Shown here: piece after piece, positions 1 to 14,000 of the stretch
Numbering within the stretch: the stretch's first letter is position 1
How the letters are laid out: every line of letters begins with the position of its first letter
DNA from: Eledone cirrhosa
Taxonomy: Eukaryota
NCBI GenBank assembly: GCA_964016885.1
Contig: OZ024740.1
Location: forward strand, 311,488,001 to 311,552,000
Reading direction: 5' to 3'
DNA: 64,000 nucleotides
Made by a program: the position numbers and the translations under genes
The notes under the pieces: model-generated
Told to the model about the DNA's origin: nothing
Databases searched by the model: none
Seen by the model: the letters and a program-made list of their open reading frames with translations, nothing else

Positions 1-275
1 TAAAGAGAGGATGTATAAATGTACAGGAATGTTTTGTGTGATTGGTGTGCAAAAATGTATATTAACAAATACTGATGACACAATGAGATTGTTACTTAAA
101 GAACAGATAATAGATGTTTAGTTGAACTGGTAAAACACATTTACTAAGTTTTATAAAATTCCATTGTAAACAGTACATACACATACACATATATATATAT
201 ATATATAATGTATGTATAGAGAGAGACATACATAAACACACATATTTATATACAGGTAAAACCCTATACACATGC

Positions 276-276
<1 letters not shown>

Positions 277-358
<82 letters not shown>
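277..358. repeat. (TA)n microsatellite
   Basis: Direct reading. Similar (TA)n/(CA)n tracts at 2485-2530, 3219-3455, 4087-4140, 34785-34853 and 35281-35316. Confidence 0.97.
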
Positions 359-359
<1 letters not shown>

Positions 360-360
<1 letters not shown>

Positions 361-650
361 TAGGCCCTTCAGTCACAAATGACCATGGTTTTGCACTTAG
401 AAAGTTCCCCTTCAAGGCGCAAGGTGTGTTTGTGGAAGACCAACAGTCGCTCATGCATGCCTGTCTCCCCACTCCATGCCACCAATGTTGTCCAAGGGAA
501 AGGCAACGGCCGATACAGCTTGGCACCAATGACATCACAACTCATTTCTACAGCTGAGTGAAATAAAGTATTTTGCTCAATAACACACTGCATCGCCCGG
601 TCCAGGATTCAAATACCCCCACTTTACAATTGTGAGCTCAATGCTCTAAC
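360..650 (-). mobile_element. SINE with family 1 head and centre but a different 3' tail
   Basis: Minus strand reads GTTAGAGCATTG...GAATCCTGGACCGGG...GAGCAAAATACTTTATTTCACTCAGCTGTAGAAATGAG, then an unrelated tail. Confidence 0.7.
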
Positions 651-982
651 GTTTTCCCTGTTAGCAATATGTATTTATATGTATGCAGAATCAGGCACAA
701 ATGTATATACACTTTTACACATACAATGCAACATAAAAAACATTTGTTATAACTGATTTCAAACGGGGAAAAAAAAAATAATGTAATAATTTAAGAAAAA
801 TATAACTATTACAGGAGATTTAAAAAGACAAAAAATTGTTTTCTTCAAAATAGAATTGAGTATTCTTCAAGAATTGCTACTTTTGTTTTGAAAATTGTGG
901 GACATACTGATTAGTATAAGTGATATCCAAATACTAATGATTCAGTATATCAATGAATAAGAAAACCTATTTCTGTTGGCCT

Positions 983-1198
983 TTAACCCTTTTGATACCA
1001 ACCTGCCCAAAACTGCTTCTGGTTCTATGAAACAAAACCACCCATTTTAAAAGGTTCCCAATAAAGTAAAACCTCCCAACATATTTTCATACAAATACTA
1101 TGAAATAATTAATAGTTTTAGTAAATCCCTCCAAAATTCTTCATTTATTAAATGAAATACAGTATATTTCATTAAAAATAGGCTCATGAAAGGGTTAA
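983..1198 (+). mobile_element. piggyBac-type MITE family B (TTAA-CCCTTT termini)
   Basis: TTAACCCTTTTGATACC...GAAAGGGTTAA. Related copies or fragments at about 51787-51983, 44310-44547, 14800-15010 and 6020-6080. Confidence 0.65.
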
Positions 1199-2486
1199 AT
1201 ATATGCACCTTAAGGATGTGTTATATCTGCCAACACCAACTAAAAGGCGTCTAAGAAATTTCCAGATATATTATTTTTTTAATAGCACCAAGAACATCGC
1301 TTTTCAAAAAGAAGCTACTGTGAAATCTGATTGGGTGGGTGAGAAAGGGTGGGGAGATAGAAATAAAGAGTAGAAGAAGACAAAATAATAAGAAGAAATT
1401 ACATCTAAGGCTGTAACAAAATCACAAAAAGAAAAACAGTTCCAAATTGAAATTTGGTTTCAAAAAGTCAGGAAAAGACAAACACAAAGAAAAAAGACAA
1501 GATTAGAGACGTGAAAATACAAAACGTTGTGTGAGAGAGAAAGAGAAATAATGAAAGAGCTGCTAGCTACAGAAATTGTAAGCATAAAAGACTTTAAACA
1601 CTATGTTCAGTTAAATTAAACTTTCTTTCCATAACTGAAATAATAATAAATCTAATGTAGAATCAAATCAATAAAGTGTTATTTCAGTTATCTTTATATA
1701 CACACACACATTCTTTTACTGATTTTAGTCATTGAATTGTGGCCATGCTGGGGTACCACCTTGAAGAGTTTAAGTCAACTATATTAATCCCATTTCTTAT
1801 AGACTGGCACTTAATTTATCACCCTTAGTGAGTAAAAGGCAAGCTTCATTGGGGACAGGATTTGAACATAGAATGTAACGAAATACAAGGTATTTCATCT
1901 GATGATCTACTAATTCTGCAAATGAAGAGCACAGCGTATATGCACACACATATATTCATATACACGAGCATGCATACACACATACATGTACATATACATG
2001 CATAAACAAATGTACACCTCTTTTTAGAATGGAAGGGCAGCCCTCACACCCCTTCTCATGGTCTCTGATACTTAGTAGAAAGATATCCTCACACCAAAAA
2101 CCTGGCATGAATGCTTACAACAGGATAAACTCTGATAAAAGAATTCAAGGATCAGGTGGTGGTGATAAACCGGGCAAATGAATTATCTACATATATACAT
2201 ACAAACAAGTATATACACATATAGACACAAACACTCATACATACACACATATATATCTACACACCCACATAAATATGTATATATTTGAAACATAGTCATC
2301 CCAAAGCAAATGACTATAAGTTACTACAAATAATAGCTGATAAAATTAGGTAAAGTACCATTGGAAATGGAAAAATACATACAAACACATGCGCACACAT
2401 ATGTACAAATAAACACACACGGATATATGTGTGTGTGTATTTGTATGTATGTGTATACATACAAATACATATTTATACATAAAAAT

Positions 2487-2532
<46 letters not shown>

Positions 2533-3215
2533 CAGTTACCTTGAAGAATATTATCAAAGAAACAAGAAACTTCAACAATCAACAGAACTAAACTAAATCT
2601 ATGAATAAATGAATAAATATATCTTATTGAATATACTTGCATGTAAATCAAACCTCCATTTTAAAATCATTTACAATGCACCATCTATTTTGAATTGAGG
2701 TTTTGTAGTTACAGTAGATGCATTGAATGTTAGTTTTTCAAAGTGTATTTTAATGGGAAAAGTTGGATTTACACACAAGTATATAAGGTATGTGAATATA
2801 TGCATATATATAATATGTGTGTGTGTCTGCATATCTTTAAATCAACCAATTAATCTATTAGGAAAAAATGTGTGACACAATTACAACCAGCTTGCAATTG
2901 TAGTATATATATATATACACACACAGACACATGTGTATACATACGTACACACACACACACACAATTATACATGTATAAAATAAAACAACCAAAAATGTCT
3001 GCTATTACTGATTAAATAATATAAAACTAGTAAGAATTTAGAGAAAATGGTGGGAAAGATTGTATTTACAATCATAATTATTGAATTTTTGTATATTAAA
3101 AATAGAGAAATTCAATAAGACATTAAAAGAATGGATTATAGAAGTTATAAATTTGAGTAAGAGAATATTACTGTTCTATATAGAGAGGTGAATTAATAAA
3201 TAGGTAGTCTCATCA

Positions 3216-3260
<45 letters not shown>

Positions 3261-3357
3261 TAATAAAACTTTGTGTTTTTGCATCTGTGTTGTCATTTCT
3301 TTAACTATATATATATATATAAACACATATATTTATATACATATATACACTTACACA

Positions 3358-3404
<47 letters not shown>

Positions 3405-3418
3405 CACATATATACACA

Positions 3419-3458
<40 letters not shown>

Positions 3459-4080
3459 AGGACTTATGCTTCATCTACTCCATAAATTACATCATATTGA
3501 AATTGCCACCTTCTATCATTCAAAATTTTAGATTGAAATATTTTCTCTAATATCATTCAAGCTGACCCCTTTTTGCATGTATGGTAAAATTGTCTGTATC
3601 TATGTTAGAAAGGAAAGTATGTTAAATATGGAGTCTATTTTAGTTGGGACAATATAAGCAATATGCATCTAAATGGTTTAAGATTTAACAAAAGCAAAAC
3701 AGCCATCTATTCTATGTGCAATTTAAAAAGAAAAATAAGAAGAGGAAAGGGTTTCCCTGAATTTTTCAGCATCACAGACAATTTGAAAACTTATGACATG
3801 ATCAATGCAATAAGACAAAAAGAAAGATGATACTATGTGTTTGAGTCAGACATAATCATCAATGCCGAAGAAATGCTGTTACGATGTAGTAAGACAACCG
3901 ATAGCAAATGGTTTGAAGTTAAGTATTGTGAGTACCAGACAGAAAGTGACAAGTTATTAAATATAATTATCAGTAGGTCGCCCAGATGTGTACATGGCAT
4001 GATTATTTTCCTCACATATTAATTCATATCCACAATGTAATTATAAAATTCTGGTTCTTTACCAACCTACCCATATATAA

Positions 4081-4142
<62 letters not shown>

Positions 4143-4188
4143 TCACTCTTTAACATCTATTTTCTATGCTTGCATGGGAGATTGTATA

Positions 4189-4223
<35 letters not shown>

Positions 4224-4852
4224 AACATATACACATATATATACATATATTTATTTATATATATATATACATATACATACATATATATATATATACATAT
4301 ATGATAAATGATACAAGATGTATAAATATGCATATCTAAGCAATTAATATATAATATTGTCACTTTTCGGCATATGTTGTATATAATGATGCCAAGGCAG
4401 GAAAACTAGGAAGAAACTCATAGAGTCACTTCCTTTTACAGCTGAACTTTTTTGCTTTTCTATCTTTCTTTCTTTTTTTTTTTTACCATTTTTTTTTTTT
4501 TTTTACAGAAAGAGATAACAAATTAAAACTTTTCTGAAAGGAGCATGAGGAATGCGAAACATACAAGGTTGATTATTTAAAGAGGATTAGCCTAACATTT
4601 TTCTTATCTTTTTGGATGTTTGATAAAATATGAACATTCCATTCTTTTAATTATTTCAAATTATTTAAGAGTTTTCTTTGTCTTTTTTTTACTAAAAAAA
4701 AAAAAATTGTGAGGAATGGATGTCTTTCCATCATTTAAATTTCAAATATATCATCATCATCATCACCATCTTCATCGTCCTCATCACCTGATTAGAGATT
4801 AATGGGGAAAGTGAAGATGTATTCATTTATTTACACATTCATGAAAAATTTG

Positions 4853-5043
4853 TCAGAGAAAATAGGGGGTAGTTGATCGAGTAGGGATGACTCTCTCGTT
4901 GTCTGGGACAGCATCAAACATCATGGCTTCCTTGTTGTTGCAGTCTGTAAAAGATAACACTGCAGCCACATTGCCACAGCGATAGCAATAATTTGGAGCA
5001 GACCAGACAGTTACCAGTTTCTCATCAAACATGAATCGGTAAC
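4853..5043 (-). CDS. PPP6C: PPP6C exon 10 ([24 protein letters not shown]...STTPYFL*)
   Basis: CAG acceptor; TGA at 4853-4855; minus-strand AATAAA at 4826-4831. Confidence 0.96.
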
Positions 5044-8000
5044 CTGGAAAAAGAATAAAAAGCAAATAAATATACATGACACTTTGAAGAGTAAGCAAAC
5101 CTTTTAACATTTAAACCAGCTGTATCGAGCCAGAATTCTCTCACATCTTTCTGTTCAAACTAGCTGTAACCGGCCACTCATACCAATGTTATGGTATTGT
5201 TCTTAATACAAATAACATCAAAATCTCATAGATTCAATATTATGTGAAGTAAAGACTTTACTGCGAAAATATAATAGTAAATCTAGAATAATGTAAATGC
5301 TAAAGGGTTGAATAAGTACAGGATCAAGTCCAAACCAAACTAAATAGAAAATTAAGTGATGCAAATGGCTGAGCATTCCACAGACACATGTGCCCACAAG
5401 GAGATTCAGCATAACAGTGTGTGACAAAGCTGGCCCTTTGAATTACAGGTATAGTCCCTCTGATAGGTTTCCAAACTGTTTCTGTTTATCCAATTTCACT
5501 CACAAGACATAGGTTGAGCCATGACATTTACCCAAAGTGCCATACAGTGGGATCATACCTGGGAGCTAATGATTGAGAAACAAACTCCTTAACCATTGAG
5601 CTAATGCTGTTTTATTTGGTTGACTATTTGTTATTTCTTGAAAAAAGATATTTTTAACATTTATACAACACACTTTAAAAACAATTTCTAAAGATTAAAA
5701 CTTACCTTCATGTACTAATTGATGAGCTCGGCATATTAATTTTAAATTATTGATATGAACAAACTAGAAGAGAAAGAAAAATAATGCAAAAACAGTGATA
5801 ACAGTAAAAAGGAACAGACATAATACTTATAGCTTAGTCAGAGAAGAGAGGGCAGTACCCACAATTTTTTGAAGGGGTATGGAGACTTATAGGAGAAAAG
5901 GAGGAAGAAGCATCACTTATGGGCTGTTGCAGAATGAAGCAGTACATTAACTGAGTTAGCCTCAGAGACATGGTACATATACTTTCACAGAGAAGACTAC
6001 TAAAGCTAGGTGATGGCATTAACCCTTTTGTTACTGTATTTCTAATGAAAGACACTGCCTACGAGTTTCAAATAATTTGGCTAAAAGCTCTCAGTCCACC
6101 CTATAAGGTTGTCACACTGGTGACACAACAAAAGCCCCTAGTCCACCATGTAGTGTTCATGTTGGTGACATGACAAAAAGCGCCCAGTCAACACTGTAAA
6201 GTGGTTGTGTTGGTGACATGACAAAAAGTGCCCAGTCTACACTGTTAAGTGGTCGTGTTGGTGTCACAACAAAAAGTGCCTAGTCACATTCATGATTCTG
6301 ACATATGGAGGATGTGCTGAAAAAGCCAGTTCAACATGCAACACTTATTCTTGCAGATGGCTGTCTCTACTTCAATCAAAGTGAGTAGGAAGGTGGTTCA
6401 GAGACCCATGATGCCTGATCCTTTTATGATAAACCTATCAGAGAGAAGCAAGGTTCTGATCCTAATTTCATCATAGAATGGGAAGACCGTGATACCATAC
6501 AGCCTTTTGTTGTCCTCTTGGTTTAACCCTGCCGGTTGGAAATCTAGCTGTATCCAAGCTGTGTTTAACGATCCTTTTGAGAGAAGTAACCAGTGCTCAG
6601 GTGGCAGGACAGCCGGTGGATTCCACAACTGTCTACTGAAGACCCATGATGGTATTTATGCCACTCACAGATTCAGAGCCCAAGCCTAAGCAAAACGCTA
6701 ATTCAAAGACAGTTGTTATCAAGCTGTCATTTAATCAGACACTGTTGTGAGACTGGGAGGCAAAGCTAGTTGCTGTTGGTGCTGGTCACACTCAATGGTG
6801 GCCCACAGGATTATGCAGTAAACTTCTTCACCTTACAGCCATACATACAATCAACAATGTTTAATATGCCACATGCTAGCGTGGAAGATGGACATTAAAT
6901 GATGATGATTATGAGATTTTCTTGTAATGAGAAGAAAGGTTATAATGAAATTAGTTAAGTTATAAATTCCTACTTGCAGCCATTTCACTTCCCTTCATTT
7001 CTAATGTGGTTTTGAGAAATATTTGAGTTCCAGGCACTCTGAAGCCAACCAAGGATTCTCTACCTGGTCAATTCAGCTGAGTTAAATAACAGACAAATCT
7101 CCCTGAAATCACACCTTACTATCTTAATTAAATAAAGGACACATTAGATAATATAGTCATACATACCCCTAGAAAATGACAGGAGAATCGTCGCTAGAAT
7201 GTTTTCTTGATAAGATTAACCTGAGGCCAAATAACATATGAAAAGCAGAAATTGAAACTAGGATGTAAAAACAACTAATCCCTCTCAAGATAAAACATGT
7301 ATTTACCTCATTAGTAACCATTGCTCCAAATAACCAACCAGCACCCCGTGGACTAATTGTCCAACTTTCCACATCTTCAGGATCAGACCAAACAAGATTT
7401 AAATACGGTTAAAGAAAACAAAAATTGAAAATATTTTATAATACACAAGTGTAGTAAAAGTGCTAGACTAAATACTTTGCCATAACAAATTAACCAAAGT
7501 AGTGAGAGAGTGTACTCGTAGGTAAGTTTATAAATGAATGTATATGTTTAATAAAAAGGTACTTATGTCTAGAGCTAATCCCACTACTACTGGAGCATCC
7601 TGTCCAACCTGCAATTGGTCAGTGTGGACCAGTAGGGCTAAAACATAGATAAGCTGACAACAGCATGCTGTTGCTTCATTGAAGATGACTGAACGGAATT
7701 GAATGTTTAACCCTTAACATCCTGTACTACATGAAACTGCATTAATAATAAATTCTTAAAAGTACAAAACAGCATTATGACTGCATCAAATTAAAAATTA
7801 GTCTTTACTTTAATACTGCAAATTTTTACAAAGATCTATAAACAGTAGTAAAGATACTATAAACATTAGATTTAATAGACATCCGTTTTTACATATTTTC
7901 TGCTAAATCATTAGTGTGTTGAAAGTTAATAAAAATACATTTAGTTTAGTAGTGCTAAACTATATGCACCTCTCTGCAGAACAAAGTGAAGAACAATCTT

Positions 8001-11000
8001 GACTAACCACACCAGTTACTACCAGCTTATCAGAAACATTTACCTCCACAGCAAGATAGTGTAGCTTACAGCTGTTTATGAAAATTGTCATGAACATCCA
8101 GCACTGCTTTTGCTCATTTGGATTTCGTACTCTAAATAACACTGATATCTTTTTTTAGGGTTTATATCAAACCTTTCTACTTTTTACACATGGAAGCACG
8201 GCCTAGAATCAAAAGGCCTTAAAATTAACCTGGCTAAGACTAAAGTTCTAGTTTGTAGGAAAGAAAATAAGGCGCCGGTCCCCTCCGGGAAATGGCCATG
8301 CTCAGTGTGTAGGAAAGGCGTAGGTAGAAACTCCATTTTATGTCCCAAATGCAAAGTATGGGTGCATAAAAGATGTAGTGGGATCACAGGTAAGCTAACT
8401 AAGAACACAGATTTTACATGTGGCCAGTGCTCTGGTGCAATAAGTAGCAGCAAATGCCCACAAAATACTAGCTCTTTCAACTGCGTAGATGGTTCCATAG
8501 AAATAGTGGATAGCTTCCGTTACCTGGGTGACAAAATCAGCAGTGGGGGAGGGTGCTCTGAAACTACAGTAGCTAGAGTCAGAACTGGATGGAAAAAGTT
8601 CAGAGAGCTTATACCACTATTAGCCGCTAAAGGGTTCTCCCTAAAAATGAAAGGCAGGTTGTATGATGCCTGCATACGAACAGCAATGTTGCATGGCAGT
8701 GAGACCTGGGCATTGTGTGCAGAGGATATACGCAGACTAGAGAGGAACGAAGCTTGCATGCTCCGCTGGATGTGTAATAGTAATATACGTGAACGGCAAA
8801 GCATAAACGAACTAAGGAAAAAATTAGAAATAAGAGGGATCAGATGTTGTTTACTCGAGAGAAGGCTACGTTGGTATGGTCACGTGATGCGCATGAAAGA
8901 CGACAGCTGTATAACAAAGTGCAGGGCAATAAAGATAGATGGTAGCCACGGAGTAGGCAGACCCAGGAAAACCTGGGACGAGCTGATAAATTCCGACCTC
9001 ACACACTTACACCTCTCCAAGACAATGTCACTGGACCGAGCCCTTTGGCGGTACTCAGTAACAGAGAAGACCCGCCTTACCTAAATACAAAGTAAAACCT
9101 ACTACAGTCAGTAGGCATCTCTAACAAGATACACCCCCATCCCCACCACCCCTACCCCATCCACTCCGCCCCCTTCAATGCAAAGTTATGTTGGTGCCAC
9201 AACATCCAGGCCGAAACAAATGAGATCGTGTAGGTGTCACGACAAAATACACACAGTCCACGCTGTAATGTGGCCGTGTAGGCAACACGGTAAAAACCTC
9301 CCAGCCCCACACTGTAAATGTGGTTGGTGTTAGGAAGGGCATCCAGCTGTAGAAAACACGCCAGACAGTCCACGCTGTAATGTGGCCATGTAGGCAACAC
9401 GGTAAAAACCTCCCAGCCCCACACTGTAAATGTGGTTGGTGTTAGGAAGGGCATCCAGCTGTAGAAAACACGCCAGACAGTCCACGCTGTAATGTGGCCA
9501 TGTAGGCAACACGGTAAAAACCTCCCAGCCCCACACTGTAAATGTGGTTGGTGTTAGGAAGGGCATTCAGCTGTAGAAAACCCGCCAGACAGTCCTATGC
9601 GAGCAAGACAACCACTCTTGCCTCAAGTGGGAAAACCCCCATCCAAACCCATGCAAGCGTGGAACAGGGACGTTAAACGATGATGATGATGATGATGATG
9701 ATACAAGGGGTACTCTCTAAAGAACTACATACTCAACTCCAAGCAGCATGTTCACTCCACTATTTTGGTACCTTACAATACATATATCACTAAATATAAA
9801 CATCAAGCTGTTCACAAATGAGAATCAGAAAAAAGATTGACAATTCTAGAAAGGATATCACAAAAGGCTCCTTTGTGTGGAATTTCTTGATTTCTGTCAA
9901 TTGTCCGGATTTGATCAATGGTTTTGATATCAGGAGATAATCCTCCATGTACACACAGGATACATTCATCAATAATCTATCAATACAAAAAAAAGACAGA
10001 AAATATATAAACTAAAACAACAATAAGGCAATCAATACGGTATTACAATTATTAATCAAATAAATATAGTTTACTAAACAAGATACAATATTTGTTTGTT
10101 TCATATTTTTTGTTTGTTAAAAGAGACAAATAAATCTACAGAAAAAGTCCAACTTGTCAGTTGGTCATTTTGGTGCCATGATGCAAAATACCCACTCTAT
10201 TCTGTAAATATGGTTGGTTTGAAGAAGGGCATCCAGTCATAGAAACCAAGCCAGAAACAGTTCTGTATGAACAAGACACGGTCACCTGATCTGACTTGTC
10301 TCAGAAAACTCACTTATCCCATGCTAGTATGGAAAATGACATTAAATGGTGACAATGGTGATGATGATCAAGAATAATTTAGAGACATCAAAAAGAGAGG
10401 GATTAAATGTTGGCACAATGCAAGTACAGTTAAGCTGTTGGACAACTGATCACAAAAATGGCCATATGTTCAGATTACAGTCATTGTTTTGTGGCCTTCA
10501 GCAAATTAAATAACTGCCTGACTAAATAAAACTACAGGCTCTATTGCCTACTTCACAGGTGAATGGTTAACAGCAAAAAGAGCATTCAGCTGTAAAACAC
10601 AACTAATCCAACAGGTAAATGGATCTAAAAGAGTAAAAAAAATTATATATAGCTAAAGGTAAATTGCTGTTAAGTCAACACTAAATGTTTTTGTTTTTTT
10701 TAAATGGATTAACTATTAAATGGTTTGTTAAAGCTAGTAACAAACTATTTTATATAAAGAATACTGAAATACTTACAGCAGCAATAGTCAGAAGATCAAA
10801 TACTTTACAACAATATCGCCATGCATTGGCATTGCCATATTTTGTTTGACACTCATCTGAAGTTAAAGAGGATTGGTTTAAGCAACAGTGAAAATGAAAA
10901 AATATGAAAAGTTACCAAAATGATTTTTTTTTTAAATCTAATCAAATAAGTCTAATACAACAAGGAATTAACAAAGTTAGAATAAGACTGTGTTCTCTTC

Positions 11001-14000
11001 ATTGTTTTTCACAACTTAACTTTAAAGTGGAGAAGATTTATATAGACACAAATAAGTTATCATTCAGGATTTGAGTAGTTGTAACATAAACAGATTACAT
11101 CTTCATTCTGTATAAATGAACAGTTAATTCTTATAATACTATATGAATTGAAAACCTACCATAAAATCCATAAATTTGTGTAATTTGCCTACTTTCATGG
11201 TTTCCTCTCAGTAAAACAATCTTATCGGGCCACCTAATTGAAAAATAAAAGAATTATATATTTTGAAGAAAAAATGTTTAAAAAAGAAAGAAGAAAATTA
11301 ATACCAGTTTGATTATTAAACAATGTTAGGGTTGTGGGAACTATTTAGTTCTTTCTAGTGTCAGTGGCACAATGAAATTTATCTAGTCCATGCTATGAAG
11401 TGGATGGCAATAGGAAAGCATCCAATCTTAAAGAGTTGTGCTAAAACATATGACATACACAACATATATTGGCAATTTTTTCTGTTGTTATGTTTTATTA
11501 GATGACAAAGAAACACAAGAAAAAGCTGTGCTGGAGCAGATCTGACCAACCCATGCCAATATTGAAAAATGGAAAAATTACGATGATGATAAATGAGTAG
11601 AATTTACAATTACAGAAAATAAGATAAATTTGGTCATAATTCAAACAAACTGTTTAAGAAGGAATAAAATAGAAGTGAATTACTACTTAGGTTAAATATT
11701 TTTCTAATTTGACTTTAGATCTAATGAAATACTTCAAAGCAAAGTAGGTTTAGCTGAAGAAAGAAATTTAGTTGCTGCTTTTCTTAGATAAACATGAATT
11801 ATCTGAGTATATAAATATCTGCACCAGTGCTATATTCAAGCATTACAATTCAAATCAGGAAAAGTTGTTTTAATCTTAATCAAGATCCTTTTTGTATCGT
11901 GAATTCTGAAGTGCATACAAAAGAAATATCTATTATTATGATTGTTAATATTTTAAATCTAGTCTAAACTCTCTTCTTTCAATTTCATTTATATTTGATG
12001 ATCTGTGAAGAAAAATCACTTCTCATACATTTGCTAGCCCTTCTAGAATAAGAAAAGTGTAAGTATAACTGGTGAAATTATTTCAGTTGTTGTAAGTTGA
12101 TTAAATGGACGATATTAACCAGCTGATGTTTCACAGATGTGTAACGAACAGATTCTAACATTTCTCCAATATTGACCAAAACATTTTCCTCTCACAAAAA
12201 TACTTGATCTTTTGGATCGCAAAATTTTATAGAATTATATTAAGAATGTTTTGATAAAAACAAATGATATAATGGTTTGTTTTCTACATTATTTATTGAA
12301 AATAGAAAACAAAATATAATCTTACACCTGTTCTCGTGAAATAATCTCCAAGTCACAAAATTTATTTTACTGGTTCCCTAAGTTGACAGAACAATGAAAA
12401 GTAAAATAAAACTTACTTTGCTTTTAAAGTTAATAACAATGTGAATGTTTCCAGACTATAGTATCCTCGGTCCACAAAATCTCCCTGGAAGATATTAGAG
12501 TTAATTGTTTTAAAGAAATTACTTAATTGAATAATATAAGTTTAATATATGTTTTAAAAAAACAATCCAGGAAAACTAGTGGAGGCTTGCATCACCAAAG
12601 ACAAAATAGTTTTTAGAGTTCATATGATGTTTGGAAGATTTCTTGATGTCTTAGATTGAGCTTTTCACAGAGAGAAATATCTACTATCTATCATTAGTGA
12701 AAAATTAAGCTGTCTGTGAATGCATGAGATAGAAACAGTGGGATAAGAGGTAAGGATAAGAAATTAGGAGGGAGAAAGAGAATAAGAAAGAGGAGTAATT
12801 ATTAGGAAAAAGTAGGGGAAGGAGGTAAATGTGCTAGAGGTTAGTGAGTTTATATAGTTCGTAAACTGTTTTGCAGTAAACAACAATATACATACAATCA
12901 TGTGTGACACAAACAAACACACTCGTATATATATATATGATTAGTCCATGCCAGCAAAGAAAAAAATGTAAAATTATAATGATGATGGTGATGATAAAGT
13001 CATACACATGCATACACAGGTGCCCACATACATATACTCAGACATAACCTTCATGGTGCCCACATATACACATAATAGGTGCAGGCAGCATGGCTGTGTA
13101 TTTAAGAAGTTTGTTTCACAATCATGGGCAAGTAACTTCTACTATAGCTTCAGGCCAATTAATGCTTTGAGAGGGAAGTTAGTAGACAGAAACTGCGAGG
13201 AACTCCAATATATGTATAATATATATGAAAGGAAAGATAATACCCAGATCAGACCTAGGAAAATGGGTTTCTATTGATCTTTACATTGTTAATATTATCT
13301 GTTAGTCACAACTTCTGGCAGATGATAGAAACACACACATCATTATCGCTTTAACATCTGCTTTCTCTGCTAGCAAGGGTTATGTATATAAGTGTGTGTC
13401 AGTCCCCGCTAATGAAATGCATAATTAAGGGGTAATAGAGAAGTGTCATACCAAATGACTGTTGTAGTAACAACTACTACATGAACAAAGGAGATGCGGT
13501 AGAGAGTGGAAACAAAATAGGCATCAAGTTGGACCAAATTATAAAAGTCACTGAAAGAGACAACTGATTAGAGACCTAATTAGCCTAAATTAGTTGCAGT
13601 TCAAGTTTGTGTCAAGAAGAGGAACTATTAATGCCTCCTTCTTAGTGAAACACCTGTAGATGTACTTAGCCAAGAGTAATGCCTTTGACAGGGCTCCATG
13701 TTTAGTAAACCTGTGATCAATAGTAAGGAAACTAGGGGTAAATGAATGGCTTGAGGTCCATGCAACTGTGTACAGAAGTGCAGTCAGTAAGGTGAGATTT
13801 AGCAATGAGTAGAGTGACAAATTTAGAATGTAAGCAATGGTCTACCAGGACTCAATCCCAAACCTTCTATTTATCACAGTCCTCAAGTCCAGCTATCCAT
13901 AGGGATTACTAAATACTGATGAGCTAATAAATTTAGTTAATATCAAAGTTTTAGTAAGTGGGAAAGTTGACAGAACTCCGATACCATTAGGAAAATGGCC

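Noticed and set aside
92-4363. ORFs rich in [12 protein letters not shown]
   Set aside because: Translations of (TA)n/(CA)n microsatellites, not genes.
6300-6840. Possible degraded Tc1/mariner remnant
   Set aside because: Only a TIR-like GAGGATGTGCTGAAAA and vague peptide similarity; no catalytic motif could be read.
7399-7409. Canonical AT-AC reading using the AC at 7409-7408
   Set aside because: That AC lies within the branch-site motif, no other U12 branch site lies upstream, and it would replace the conserved Asp with AYLN. Kept only as an alternative to test.
9152-9566. Repeated ORFs MPFLTPTTF..., and the 112-bp array as a possible CRISPR
   Set aside because: Antisense reading of identical tandem units in an RTE 3' UTR. 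There are no unique spacers or cas genes, and the DNA is eukaryotic.
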